The notes below the pieces were generated by a model. That model was not told the origin of the DNA. It did no database searches and worked only from the letters and a program-made list of their open reading frames with translations. Made by a program: the position numbers and the translations under genes. A DNA stretch of 64,000 nt from contig CAWCKH010000004.1 in the NCBI GenBank assembly GCA_963796055.1, positions 1,248,001 to 1,312,000 on the forward strand. The letters run 5' to 3'. This document shows positions 1 to 9,422 of the stretch, piece after piece. Source of the stretch: an uncultured delta proteobacterium (GTDB taxonomy: Bacteria > Myxococcota > Myxococcia > Myxococcales > Myxococcaceae). Every line of letters starts with the position of its first letter. Within the stretch, counting starts at the first letter, position 1.

Positions 1-510
1 GCCGAGGGCCAGTTCGTCGACGACATGTTCATCGGCCGTGCGCTGTGGAGGGCGGGCTGGAAGAACGTGGTCATCGAGGCGCCGATGCGGATCGTCATCG
101 GCGGCATGGGCCCCTTCGAGTTCTTCCGGACCTTCCGCCGGTGGATGCTCTTCGGCGAGGGGGGCCTGTCCTTTCGCTTCACCTGGCCCAACTGGGTGCG
201 CGGCATCGCCTGCTGGATCGCCTGGGCGGTGCTGTGCGTCGCCCTCGCCACGGGGAATCTCGCCGCCGCGTCCCTGGCGCTGGTCTCCATCGGCTTCTCG
301 GTCTGGACCCAGGCTTCGCTGCAGCGCGCGTCCCGGGGCCCGCGCATCGCCCTGCACCAGCTCTGGGTTCCGGCGGTCCTCCCGCTGCTGGCGGGGGTGG
401 TGGCCCTCGCCGCCCGGGTCGACCGGCGGGTCGACTGGCGAGGCCGGAGCTACGAGCTGGACGGCGAGGCGCGGCTCGGGGCGAGCGGCTCGCCTGCGGC
501 AGGGGCGTGA
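1..510 (+). CDS. Glycosyltransferase, GT21/ceramide-glucosyltransferase/HpnI-like; C-terminal part, 5' end outside window
   Basis: Frame open from base 1: FVDDMFIGRAL (D-motif), FRRW (QxxRW-like), TM helices and C-terminal VDWRGRSY typical of GT21/HpnI. Confidence 0.7.
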   Translation, partial: AEGQFVDDMFIGRALWRAGWKNVVIEAPMRIVIGGMGPFEFFRTFRRWMLFGEGGLSFRFTWPNWVRGIACWIAWAVLCVALATGNLAAASLALVSIGFSVWTQASLQRASRGPRIALHQLWVPAVLPLLAGVVALAARVDRRVDWRGRSYELDGEARLGASGSPAAGA

Positions 511-1844
511 GGCGCCGGGAGCGCGAGGAGCCGGTCCTCGACCGCCCCGGCCATCGCAGTGCGGAGGTGCGGGAGGGCCGAGGCGACCAGGAGGGTTCCG
601 GCGCGAATCGCCCGGTGCGGACCCCGGACCGCGCGCACCCCGCCGGAGCCCAGCGCAACCAGCCCGTGCGCCACGACCCGCGCGTACTCCCGCGCCATGA
701 CCGACATGCGGGTCTCGCGCGTGGAGAGCAGGGTCATGGAGATCCGCGTCCCGGTGGGCGAGCGCTCCCAGTAGCGGAAGAGCCCGCTGCGGAGCGCCGC
801 CATCTCGGTGGTGTCGCTGCAGAAGGCCTCGTACAGCGCCGAGGCCAGGGCGATGCGGGTCCGGTTCGCCGGCCGGCGCGCCCGGGCGTAGGCGGCGAGC
901 GCCAGGGGAACGTCGTTGCTCGCCTCGCTCATCGCGCGGTGGAGCACACGGGCATCGCGCACCGCCGAGGCCATGCCGCTGGCGCTCAAGGGATGGCAGC
1001 AGCCCGCGGCGTCACCCACCAGCACCACGTGACCCTGGTAGACGTGGTCCATGATGCGGGTGTCGTTCGAGGCCACCAGCGGCGGCTCCCGCTGCAACGC
1101 ATCGAGGACCGCTTGCCGCAGCGGCTCGGAGACTCCGGAGAGGATCGCCGGCTCGGTCCGGACCCGGTCGGGCGCGGAGCCGAGCGGCAAGTCCAGCATC
1201 ACCCGGGCCCGGGTCTCCGAGATGGGGTAGGCCAGCACCGGCGCCGGTCCGCCGATGAAGAGGTGCCCGCGACCACGGTGCGGGAGCTTCGCCGCGTCCA
1301 CCAGCACGCCGACCATCGTGGAGAGCCGGTGGTGCCGCTCGGCGATGCCCAGGGCGCGCCGGAGCGGCGAGGCCCGCCCGTCGGCGGCGACCAGCAGCCG
1401 GGCGCGTACTCGCTCGGAGCGCCCCTCGTGCGAGAGGGTGGCCTCCACGCCGTCCGGACCGTCCGAGAGCAGGCCGACCCGGGTCTTCCGGCGGACCTCG
1501 ACATCGCCCCGCCTCTCGAGGATGTCCAGGAGCGGAGCGATCAGCGCGTGGTGCTCGATGCCCAGCCCGCGGTTGCCAGGGCCGTAGGGGAGCAGCGCGG
1601 TGCGGTCGTCGTCCACGACGGCGAACCCGATGATCGGCGCGCCGCCGAAGCGCAGAGCCTCGGAGAAGCCGAAGGCGGTCAGCTCCTCCACACCCACCGG
1701 ATGGAGCAGCTCGCCAGCCAGCTGCTTCTTGCGGTCCTGGCCCGCATCGGCCAGCAGGGTGCGCAGGCCCAGCTGAGCCATGGCCGCGGCGGTGGTACAC
1801 CCCGCGGGGCCACCTCCAGCGACCAGCACATCGACTTCCAGCAA
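450..1844 (-). CDS. Squalene epoxidase (FAD-dependent squalene monooxygenase)
   Basis: GGGPAG Rossmann motif, LAGELLHPVG (cf. GELLQPGG), ADG, GDAAGCCHPLSASGM (cf. GDA..RHPLTGGGM); GGAGG RBS before TTG; next to SQS/OSC. Confidence 0.85.
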   Translation of the reverse strand: MLEVDVLVAGGGPAGCTTAAAMAQLGLRTLLADAGQDRKKQLAGELLHPVGVEELTAFGFSEALRFGGAPIIGFAVVDDDRTALLPYGPGNRGLGIEHHALIAPLLDILERRGDVEVRRKTRVGLLSDGPDGVEATLSHEGRSERVRARLLVAADGRASPLRRALGIAERHHRLSTMVGVLVDAAKLPHRGRGHLFIGGPAPVLAYPISETRARVMLDLPLGSAPDRVRTEPAILSGVSEPLRQAVLDALQREPPLVASNDTRIMDHVYQGHVVLVGDAAGCCHPLSASGMASAVRDARVLHRAMSEASNDVPLALAAYARARRPANRTRIALASALYEAFCSDTTEMAALRSGLFRYWERSPTGTRISMTLLSTRETRMSVMAREYARVVAHGLVALGSGGVRAVRGPHRAIRAGTLLVASALPHLRTAMAGAVEDRLLALPAPHAPAAGEPLAPSRASPSSS

Positions 1845-1935
1845 GGCTGCGATTCCTCCCCGGCCCTTCTTCGGGCCTTCTTATAGAGTGCGCCCCGCCT
1901 CGGCGCATCTTCCGTGGTGTTCCACTGGGTGTCTC

Positions 1936-2976
1936 GTGACTGGACCCGAAGACTTCTGCCGTCGCGCTCTGCCGGAGGTATCTCGCACCTTCGCGCTCAA
2001 CATCCCGGTCCTCCCCGCACCGCTGGACCTGGTGGTCACCGTCGCCTACCTACTCTGCCGCATCGCCGACACGCTCGAGGACGAGGCCCGAGGACAGGTG
2101 TCGGAACGCGCCGAGCTGTTTCACACGCTCGGACGACTGGTGAAGCTCGAGCCCGGCTGGGAGGAGCGGGCGGCAGAGTTTGCGCGCCGCTCGGTCGCGG
2201 CGCTCCGGACCTCGGCCCCTTCCGCCGAGGTCCAGCTGGTCCAGGGAACGCCCACCGTCCTGGAGGCCATGCGCGGGCTGCCCGACTGGACCCACCGCCA
2301 CATCGCCGCCTGCGTGGGCGAGATGACCGACGGAATGGCCCAGGTGATGGTGGATCTCGACGGCGGGGCGCCCCAGGGGCTGCCGGATCTCCGGGATACC
2401 CTGCAGTACTGCTACTACGTCGCAGGAACGGTTGGGGTGATGCTCACCGGGCTCTTCGTCGACGGCTTCGACTCGGTGCGGCCCCGCGGCTCCGAGCTCG
2501 AGCCGCGGGCACCGGCGTTCGGGCGGGCCCTCCAGCTCACCAACATCCTGAAGGACATCCGCGAGGATCTGGACCGCGGCTTCTGCTGGCTGCCGCGCAC
2601 GGTGATGGCCAGGCACGGGCTCTCGCCGGGCAACCTCGTCCACCCCGAGCGCCGGAACGCCGCGGTGGCCATGCTCGATGATCTGGTCGCGGTGGCCCGC
2701 CGCGAGTGCGACGTGTCGTTCGAGTACTCGCTCCTCTTGCCGCGCTCGGAGCCCGGGCTGCGACTGTTCTGCCTCTGGCCGCTGCTCTTCGCCTTGCGGA
2801 CCCTGGGGGCGCTGGCGCACAACCCGGCGGTCTTCGAGCCCGCTCCGGTGAAGATCGACCGGCAGACCGTGATGCGGATCATGGTCCTCACCCGCGAGAG
2901 CGTCGGCGACGATCGGGCGCTGGAGGCGCTCTATGCCGAGTGTGCCCGCGGCCTCCCCGAGGCGCGCGCCACATGA
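1936..2976 (+). CDS. Squalene synthase (farnesyl-diphosphate farnesyltransferase type)
   Basis: VSRTFAL, RIADTLED, YCYYVAGTVG, LQLTNILKD, GLRLFC motifs; GTG start at 1936 estimated. Confidence 0.85.
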   Translation: MTGPEDFCRRALPEVSRTFALNIPVLPAPLDLVVTVAYLLCRIADTLEDEARGQVSERAELFHTLGRLVKLEPGWEERAAEFARRSVAALRTSAPSAEVQLVQGTPTVLEAMRGLPDWTHRHIAACVGEMTDGMAQVMVDLDGGAPQGLPDLRDTLQYCYYVAGTVGVMLTGLFVDGFDSVRPRGSELEPRAPAFGRALQLTNILKDIREDLDRGFCWLPRTVMARHGLSPGNLVHPERRNAAVAMLDDLVAVARRECDVSFEYSLLLPRSEPGLRLFCLWPLLFALRTLGALAHNPAVFEPAPVKIDRQTVMRIMVLTRESVGDDRALEALYAECARGLPEARAT

Positions 2977-4910
2977 CGGCCCCGAGGACCCGCGCCGACC
3001 CCTCCCCCGTCGACCGGGGGCTGGAGGTGCTCGCCGCCACCCAGGACCCGGGCGGCTCCTGGAAGGGGGACTACGGCGGACCGCTCTTCCTGGTGCCGGT
3101 GTACGTGGCGGGGCTCGAGCTGCTCGGGCGCCCCCCGGATGAGGCGACGCGGGACGGTTTCATCACCTACCTGCGGGGCCACCAGAACGCGGACGGCGGC
3201 TGGGGGCTCGACGTCGAGTCGCACAGCCACGTGTTCACCTCGGTGCTGGTCTACGTGACCCTTCGGTTGCTCGGCGTCACGGCGGAGGACCCGCAGCTGC
3301 AGCGGGCGCGGGCGTGGTTCCTGCCGCACGGCGGACCGCTGTCGAGCGGCTCGTGGGGAAAGTTCATCCTTTCGATGCTCGGACTCTACGAGTACCAGGG
3401 CCTGGTCCCGGTTCCGCCCGAGCTGTGGTTGCTCCCCGAGTCGCTGCCCCTGCACCCCTCGAAGCTCTGGTGCCACTGCCGGATGGTGTACCTGCCGATG
3501 AGCTGGCTGTACGGGCGGCGGGTGCGGGCACGGGAGACGCCGCTGCTCGCGGCCATTCGCCGGGAGATCTACGCCCAGCCCTACGAGACGGTGGACTGGC
3601 CTGCGGCGCACGAGCGGGTGGCGGAGACCGACGCCTACACTCCGCGGACCTCGTACCTCCGGGCGGCGAACGGGGTGCTCAGGCTGTGGGAGCGGTTCGC
3701 GCCGGCGGGCGCGCGCGAGCGGGCGCTGGCGGTGGTCCTCGACCAGATCCGCCGCGAGGATCAGGCCACCAACTTCATCTGCATCGGGCCGATCAACAAG
3801 GTGCTGAACACCGTGGTCTGGCACCTGGTCCGGCCCGGGGGGCCCGAGGTCGAGGCGCACGTGAAGCGCCTGCCGGACTACCTCTGGCGCGCGCCCGACG
3901 GGCTGAAGATGCAGGGCTACAACTCCTCGGAGCTCTGGGACACCGCGTTCGCGGTGCAGGGCATCCTCGCCACCGGCCAGGCCGAACGGATGAGGCCGGC
4001 GCTCGAGAAGGCCGCGCGCTACCTCGAGTCGAGCCAGGTGCTGGAGGACGTGCCGGAGATGGAGAAGGGCTTCCGGCACCGGAGCCGCGGCGGATGGCCG
4101 TTCTCCACCCGCGCCCACGGCTGGCCGATCAGCGACTGCACCGCCGAGGGCCTCAAGGCCTCGCTCCTGCTGGAAGCGGTGGGGATGAACCAGGTCCCCC
4201 GGGCGCGGCTGCGCGAGGCGGTGGAGGAGATCCTCTCGCTGCAGAACGCGGACGGCGGCTGGGCGACGTACGAGCTGCAGCGCGGGCCGAGGTGGCTCGA
4301 GGCGCTGAATCCCTCGGACGTCTTCTCCACCATCATGGTGGACGTCTCCTACGTCGAGTGCACCGCGGCGTGCGTCCAGGCCCTCGCGGCGTGGCGCGCG
4401 TTCGCCCCCGAGGACGCGCGCCGGCTCCAGCAGCCCATCCGCAGCGGCGAGCGCTTCCTCCGCAAGGTGCAGCGCGCCGACGGCTCGTGGGAGGGCAGCT
4501 GGGGGGTGTGCTTCAGCTACGGCGCGTGGTTCGGCACCGCGGGGCTCGTCGCGGCGGGAGCGCGGCCGGACGACCCGGCGCTCCGGCGGGCGGCGGAGTT
4601 CCTCGAGACACGGCAGCGGCCCGACGGGAGCTGGAGCGAAACGCTCGAGTCCAACCGGCAGCGACGCTGGGTGGACGGGCCGCGCGGGCACGCGGTGCAG
4701 ACCTCCTGGGCACTGCTGGCGCTGGCGGCGTGCGGCCGGCGCGACTCCGAGGCGGTGCGACGGGGCGTGGCCTGGCTCCGCGCGCAGCAGGGCGAGGACG
4801 GCCGCTGGCCGGACCAGCCCATCACCGGAGTCTTCAACCGGACCTGCGCGGTCCACTACGACATCTACCTGCGCCTGTTTCCGGTCTGGGCGCTGGCGGT
4901 GTGCGGCTAA
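2973..4910 (+). CDS. osc: Oxidosqualene cyclase (predicted cycloartenol synthase)
   Basis: SDCTAE catalytic motif (not DxDD), LWCHCR, MQGYN, HGWPI, QW repeats (QNADGGW, QRADGSW, QRPDGSW); ATGA overlap with SQS stop. Confidence 0.92.
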   Translation: MTAPRTRADPSPVDRGLEVLAATQDPGGSWKGDYGGPLFLVPVYVAGLELLGRPPDEATRDGFITYLRGHQNADGGWGLDVESHSHVFTSVLVYVTLRLLGVTAEDPQLQRARAWFLPHGGPLSSGSWGKFILSMLGLYEYQGLVPVPPELWLLPESLPLHPSKLWCHCRMVYLPMSWLYGRRVRARETPLLAAIRREIYAQPYETVDWPAAHERVAETDAYTPRTSYLRAANGVLRLWERFAPAGARERALAVVLDQIRREDQATNFICIGPINKVLNTVVWHLVRPGGPEVEAHVKRLPDYLWRAPDGLKMQGYNSSELWDTAFAVQGILATGQAERMRPALEKAARYLESSQVLEDVPEMEKGFRHRSRGGWPFSTRAHGWPISDCTAEGLKASLLLEAVGMNQVPRARLREAVEEILSLQNADGGWATYELQRGPRWLEALNPSDVFSTIMVDVSYVECTAACVQALAAWRAFAPEDARRLQQPIRSGERFLRKVQRADGSWEGSWGVCFSYGAWFGTAGLVAAGARPDDPALRRAAEFLETRQRPDGSWSETLESNRQRRWVDGPRGHAVQTSWALLALAACGRRDSEAVRRGVAWLRAQQGEDGRWPDQPITGVFNRTCAVHYDIYLRLFPVWALAVCG

Positions 4911-5030
4911 ACCCGGTTCCTCGCCAGGGCCTGGACGCACTTCGCTGCACCGGGGGGACATCCGGCCGGGGACCATGAAAGCGTTGGGAGCCGAGAGCGT
5001 CGTGTCTGCCGACCCTCGCGAGGACCTCCC

Positions 5031-7193
5031 GTGACGCGTTCCTTGATTGCCGTTCCTGCTGCCGCCCTGCTCGCCTGTGCCAGTGGGCCCACCCCCACCC
5101 CTCCGGCCGCCGGAACCCCGGTGGCGGGTCCTGACACCCCCCGGACGGCCCCGCTGGTGCAGCCGCCTCCGCTCGAGGAGCTTCCGGTGGGCGCCGCCGC
5201 GGCGCGTCTCTCCGGACCCGCCTCGGAGCTCACCGCCGCGTGCAAGGACGCCATCGCCAGAGCCCGCGCCGGATTGGAAGCCCTGAAGGCCACGCCGGCG
5301 CCCAGGGACACGCTGGCCACCCTCACCGGGTACGACGATGCGACCGCAGTGATCAACGACCTCGACTTCCAGGCCGAGCTCGCCCGACAGGCCAGCCCCG
5401 ATGGCGAGATGCGCAAGGCCGGGGAGGAGTGCGACCGGCAGATCCAGGCGCTCGGCACCACCATCTATCAGGACCGCGCCCTCTACGACGTGCTGTCGGG
5501 GCTCGATCTCTCCGCTCAGGACGGGACCACCGTCTGGTGGATGAAGCGCGACCTCCTCGAGTTCCGACGTGCCGGCGTGGACCGCGACGACGCCACCCGG
5601 GAGAAGGTCCGCCAGCTCAGCGACGAGGTGGTGGCCATCGGTCAGGAATTCGATCGCAACATCCGTCAGGGCACCAAGACCGTCTCCTTCACCCCCGCCG
5701 AGCTGACCGGATTGCCCGAGGACTTCCGGAAGGCGCACCCGCCAGGTGCGGAGGGGATGATTGCGCTCACCACCGATTATCCGGACTACCACCCGTTCAT
5801 GGCCTACGCCCGCGACCGCAAGGCCCGGGAGAAGTTCTGGCGCGCCTCCAACACCCGCGCCTCGCCCGCGAACGTGGAGGTGCTCTCTCGTCTGCTCGTG
5901 AAGCGGTACGAGCTGGCCACGGTTCTCGGCTACGCGAGCTGGGCCGACTACACCACTGAGAACAAGATGATCGGGACCGGCCGCGCCGCATCGGAGTTCG
6001 TGGACCGGATCTCCCGGGCGGCGGCCGAGCGTTCCCGCAAGGAGCTGGCCCGGGTGCTGGCCCGCGAGCGCAAGGACATCCCCGCCGCGACGCAGGTCGC
6101 CTCGTGGGACTACGGCTACTACTCGGACCGGGTGAAGAGCGAGCAGTACCGCTTCGACGCCAAGGCGGCTCGTCCCTACTTCGAGTTCGATCGGGTGCTC
6201 CACGGAGTGCTGGACGTCTCCGGCCGCCTGCTCGACCTCTCCTACCGTCCGGTCGAGGGAGCCACCGTCTGGCATCCGGAGGTGCGGGTGTACGACGTCA
6301 TCGCCGGACCGTCCTTCGGAGAGCGCGCTGGACGCTCCCTGGGCCGCATCTACCTCGACCTCCATCCCCGGGAGAACAAGTACAAGCACGCCGCGATGTA
6401 CGGGGTGGTCTCCGGTCAGGCTGGGCGTCGGCTGCCGGAGGGTTCGTTGCTCTGCAACCTCCCTCGCTCGGGCGGACTCATGGAGTACGACGACGTCCGG
6501 ACGCTGTTCCACGAGTTCGGCCATCTGGTGCACCACATCGTCGGCGGGCACACCCGCTGGGCGGCGAACTCCGGGGTGCGCAACGAGCAGGACTTCGTCG
6601 AGGCACCCTCGCAGATGCTCGAGGAGTGGATGCGCGACCCCGGCGTGCTCCAGAGCTTCGCCCGCGAGGTGAAGACCGGGAAGCCCATCCCGGCGACGAT
6701 GGTGAAGCAGCTCCGCGCCGCAGAGGAGTTCGGGAAGGGCGTCGACGTGCGTCAGCAGATGTTCTACGCCGCGACCAGCCTCCACCTCTACGATCGCGAC
6801 CCCCGAACGCTCGAGCTGACGCCCTTCGTCGCCGACATCCAGTCGCGCTACGGGCCGTTCCCCTTCGTGCCCGGGACCACGTACTACACGGCCTTCGGCC
6901 ACCTGAACGGGTACAGCGCCGTTTACTACACGTACATGTGGTCGAAGGTCATCGCCAAGGACCTGTTCACCGCGTTCCAGGCGACGGGGATGTTCGATCC
7001 GGCCACGGCCCGGCGCTATCGCGAGAACATCCTCGAGCCGGGCGGCGGAAAGCCTGCCAGGGTGCTGGTGGCGGACTTCCTCGGACGCCCCTATGACTTC
7101 CGGGCCTACGAAGCGTGGCTCAAGGAAGGGGACTCGCCGCCGAGGCGGGCTCCCGGATCCGCGCCGGCGGGCTCGGCACGAATGGTGAGGTGA
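5031..7193 (+). CDS. M3 family (thimet-like) zinc oligopeptidase, lipoprotein, copy 1
   Basis: Lipobox LLAC; LFHEFGH, DFVEAPSQMLE, YLDLHPR, YYTYMWS motifs. Confidence 0.9.
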   Translation: MTRSLIAVPAAALLACASGPTPTPPAAGTPVAGPDTPRTAPLVQPPPLEELPVGAAAARLSGPASELTAACKDAIARARAGLEALKATPAPRDTLATLTGYDDATAVINDLDFQAELARQASPDGEMRKAGEECDRQIQALGTTIYQDRALYDVLSGLDLSAQDGTTVWWMKRDLLEFRRAGVDRDDATREKVRQLSDEVVAIGQEFDRNIRQGTKTVSFTPAELTGLPEDFRKAHPPGAEGMIALTTDYPDYHPFMAYARDRKAREKFWRASNTRASPANVEVLSRLLVKRYELATVLGYASWADYTTENKMIGTGRAASEFVDRISRAAAERSRKELARVLARERKDIPAATQVASWDYGYYSDRVKSEQYRFDAKAARPYFEFDRVLHGVLDVSGRLLDLSYRPVEGATVWHPEVRVYDVIAGPSFGERAGRSLGRIYLDLHPRENKYKHAAMYGVVSGQAGRRLPEGSLLCNLPRSGGLMEYDDVRTLFHEFGHLVHHIVGGHTRWAANSGVRNEQDFVEAPSQMLEEWMRDPGVLQSFAREVKTGKPIPATMVKQLRAAEEFGKGVDVRQQMFYAATSLHLYDRDPRTLELTPFVADIQSRYGPFPFVPGTTYYTAFGHLNGYSAVYYTYMWSKVIAKDLFTAFQATGMFDPATARRYRENILEPGGGKPARVLVADFLGRPYDFRAYEAWLKEGDSPPRRAPGSAPAGSARMVR

Positions 7194-7259
7194 GCAGGCC
7201 TCGCCGGACGCGATGTGGCAGAGTGCCGCGCTCTCCGCTCTCCCCAAGGAACTCGACGG

Positions 7260-9401
7260 ATGCGCCTCGCCCTCTCCCTCGCCACGCTCACGGTCCTTGC
7301 CTGTTCCACCGGCCCGAAACCAGCGCCCGCGCCCTCGACCGGGGGCGCCACGACGGCCGCGCCCGCACCGGTGAAGGCGCCGCCGCCGCTCGACGAGGCG
7401 GTGGGGACCGCGGCCGCCCGCATCTCGGGGCCCGTACCGGCGTTCACCGCCGCCTGCCAGGACGCGATGGCCCGCACCCGCGCCGGACTGGAGGCGGTGA
7501 AGGCCAGCCGGCCGCCCCGGGACACGGTGGCCGCGCTCACCGGCTACGACGACGCGCTGGCCGCCATCAACGACCTGGACGCGCAGTCGGAGCTGGCGCG
7601 GCAGGGCAGCCCGGACCCGGCGATGCGCAAGGCGGCCGAGGAGTGCGACCGGCAGATCCAGGCGATGTTCACCGCCATCAATCAGGACCGCGCGCTCTAC
7701 GACGTGCTCTCCGCGCTCGACCTCTCCGGCCAGGACGGCACCACGCGGTGGTGGATGACCCGCGACCTGCGCGAGTTCCGCCGCGCCGGCGTGGACCGTG
7801 ACGACGCCACCCGCGAGAAGGTGCGGGCGCTCAGCGACGAGCTGGTGGCCATCGGGCAGGAGTTCGACCGCAACATCCCCGCCGACGTGAAGAAGGTCGC
7901 CTTCGCTCCGGCCGATCTCGCCGGACTGCCGGCCGACTTCCTCGCCGCGCACCCGCCGGGTCCGGACGGGAAGATCGTCCTCACCACCGACTACCCGGAT
8001 TACTTCCCGGTGCGGAGCTACGCCCGGAAGGCCAGCACGCGCGAGGCCATGTTCCGGGCCTTCCTGACCCGGGCGGCCCCCCAGAACATCGCGGTGCTCG
8101 AGCGGCTGCTGGTGAAGCGGCAGGAGCTGGCCCGGACGCTCGGGTACGCGAACTGGGCGGACTACGTGACGGAGAACAAGATGATCCGCACCGGCAAGGC
8201 GGCCTCGGATTTCATCGAGCGCATCACTGCCGCCTCCGGGGACCGCGCCGCCCGGGAGAAGAAGGTGCTCCTGGAGCGCAAGCGGAAGGACCTCCCGGGA
8301 GCGAAGGCGCTCGACCCGTGGGACATCGTCTACTACGGCGAGCGGGTGAAGGCGGAGCGCTACCGGTTCGACGCGCAGCAGGCCCGGCCGTACTTCGAGG
8401 CGGGGCGCGTCTTCCAGGGCGTGCTCGACGTCTCGGGCAAGCTGTTCGACATCTCGTACCGACCGGTGGAGAACGTCATCGTCTGGCACCCGGACGTGCG
8501 CACCTTCGACGTCATCGCCGGGCCGTCGTTCGGGGACCGGGCCGGCAAGTCACTGGGGCGCATCTACCTGGACCTCCATCCGCGCGACGGCAAGTTCAAG
8601 CATGCCGCCCAGTTCACCGTCGTCTCCGGGCAAGCGGGGCACCGGCTCCCGGAGGGCGCGCTGCTCTGCAACTTCCCGAAGCCGGGCGGGCTGATGGAGT
8701 ACGACGACGTGAGGACGCTGTTCCACGAGTTCGGGCACCTGGTGCACCACGTCCTCGGGGGGCACACGCGCTGGGCGGCGAACTCGGGCGTCCGGACCGA
8801 GCAGGACTTCGTCGAGGCGCCGTCGCAGATGCTGGAGGAGTGGGTGCGCGACCCTGGCGTGCTGCAGAGCTTCGCCCGGCACGTGAAGACCGGTCAGCCC
8901 ATCCCGGCGAAGATGGTGGAGCAGCTTCGCATCGCCGAGGAGTTCGGAAAGGGCCTCGAGGTCCGACGCCAGATGTACCTGGCGGCGGTCAGCCTGCACC
9001 TGCACGACCGTGACGCGCGCGGGCTGGACTCCACCGCCGTGGTGGCCGAGTCGATGGAGAGGTACTGGACCTTTCCCTACGTGAAGGGCACCTACCAGCA
9101 GGCGTCGTTCGGCCACCTGAACGGGTACAGCGCCGTGTACTACACGTACATGTGGTCCCTGGTCATCGCCAAGGACATGTTCACTCCCTTCGCCAGCAAG
9201 GGCGTGTTCGATCGCGAGGCCGCGACGCGCTACCGCGAGCGGGTGCTGGAGCAGGGTGGAGGAAAGCCGGCCGCGGATCTCGTCGCCGACTTCCTGGGGC
9301 GGCCGTACGACTTCAGGGCCTACGAGGCCTGGCTCGACCGGGGAGCGCTCCCCGGCCGGGCGACGGGTCCGGCGCGCGCCGGTCCAGCGACGGTGCACTG
9401 A
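7260..9401 (+). CDS. M3 family zinc oligopeptidase, lipoprotein, copy 2 (tandem paralogue)
   Basis: Lipobox VLAC; same HEFGH/DFVEAPSQ motifs; colinear with copy 1. Confidence 0.9.
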   Translation: MRLALSLATLTVLACSTGPKPAPAPSTGGATTAAPAPVKAPPPLDEAVGTAAARISGPVPAFTAACQDAMARTRAGLEAVKASRPPRDTVAALTGYDDALAAINDLDAQSELARQGSPDPAMRKAAEECDRQIQAMFTAINQDRALYDVLSALDLSGQDGTTRWWMTRDLREFRRAGVDRDDATREKVRALSDELVAIGQEFDRNIPADVKKVAFAPADLAGLPADFLAAHPPGPDGKIVLTTDYPDYFPVRSYARKASTREAMFRAFLTRAAPQNIAVLERLLVKRQELARTLGYANWADYVTENKMIRTGKAASDFIERITAASGDRAAREKKVLLERKRKDLPGAKALDPWDIVYYGERVKAERYRFDAQQARPYFEAGRVFQGVLDVSGKLFDISYRPVENVIVWHPDVRTFDVIAGPSFGDRAGKSLGRIYLDLHPRDGKFKHAAQFTVVSGQAGHRLPEGALLCNFPKPGGLMEYDDVRTLFHEFGHLVHHVLGGHTRWAANSGVRTEQDFVEAPSQMLEEWVRDPGVLQSFARHVKTGQPIPAKMVEQLRIAEEFGKGLEVRRQMYLAAVSLHLHDRDARGLDSTAVVAESMERYWTFPYVKGTYQQASFGHLNGYSAVYYTYMWSLVIAKDMFTPFASKGVFDREAATRYRERVLEQGGGKPAADLVADFLGRPYDFRAYEAWLDRGALPGRATGPARAGPATVH

Positions 9402-9422
9402 GCCGCCTGACGACACCCTGAC

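Noticed and set aside
2973..4910. Squalene-hopene cyclase / hopanoid cluster
   Set aside because: DCTAE rather than DxDD, and an adjacent squalene epoxidase, indicate an oxidosqualene cyclase
2931..8489. 1852-aa minus-strand ORF, and similar long ORFs such as 13980-17387 and 47441-50359
   Set aside because: Antisense or alternate-frame shadows of real genes caused by high-GC codon bias; no motifs
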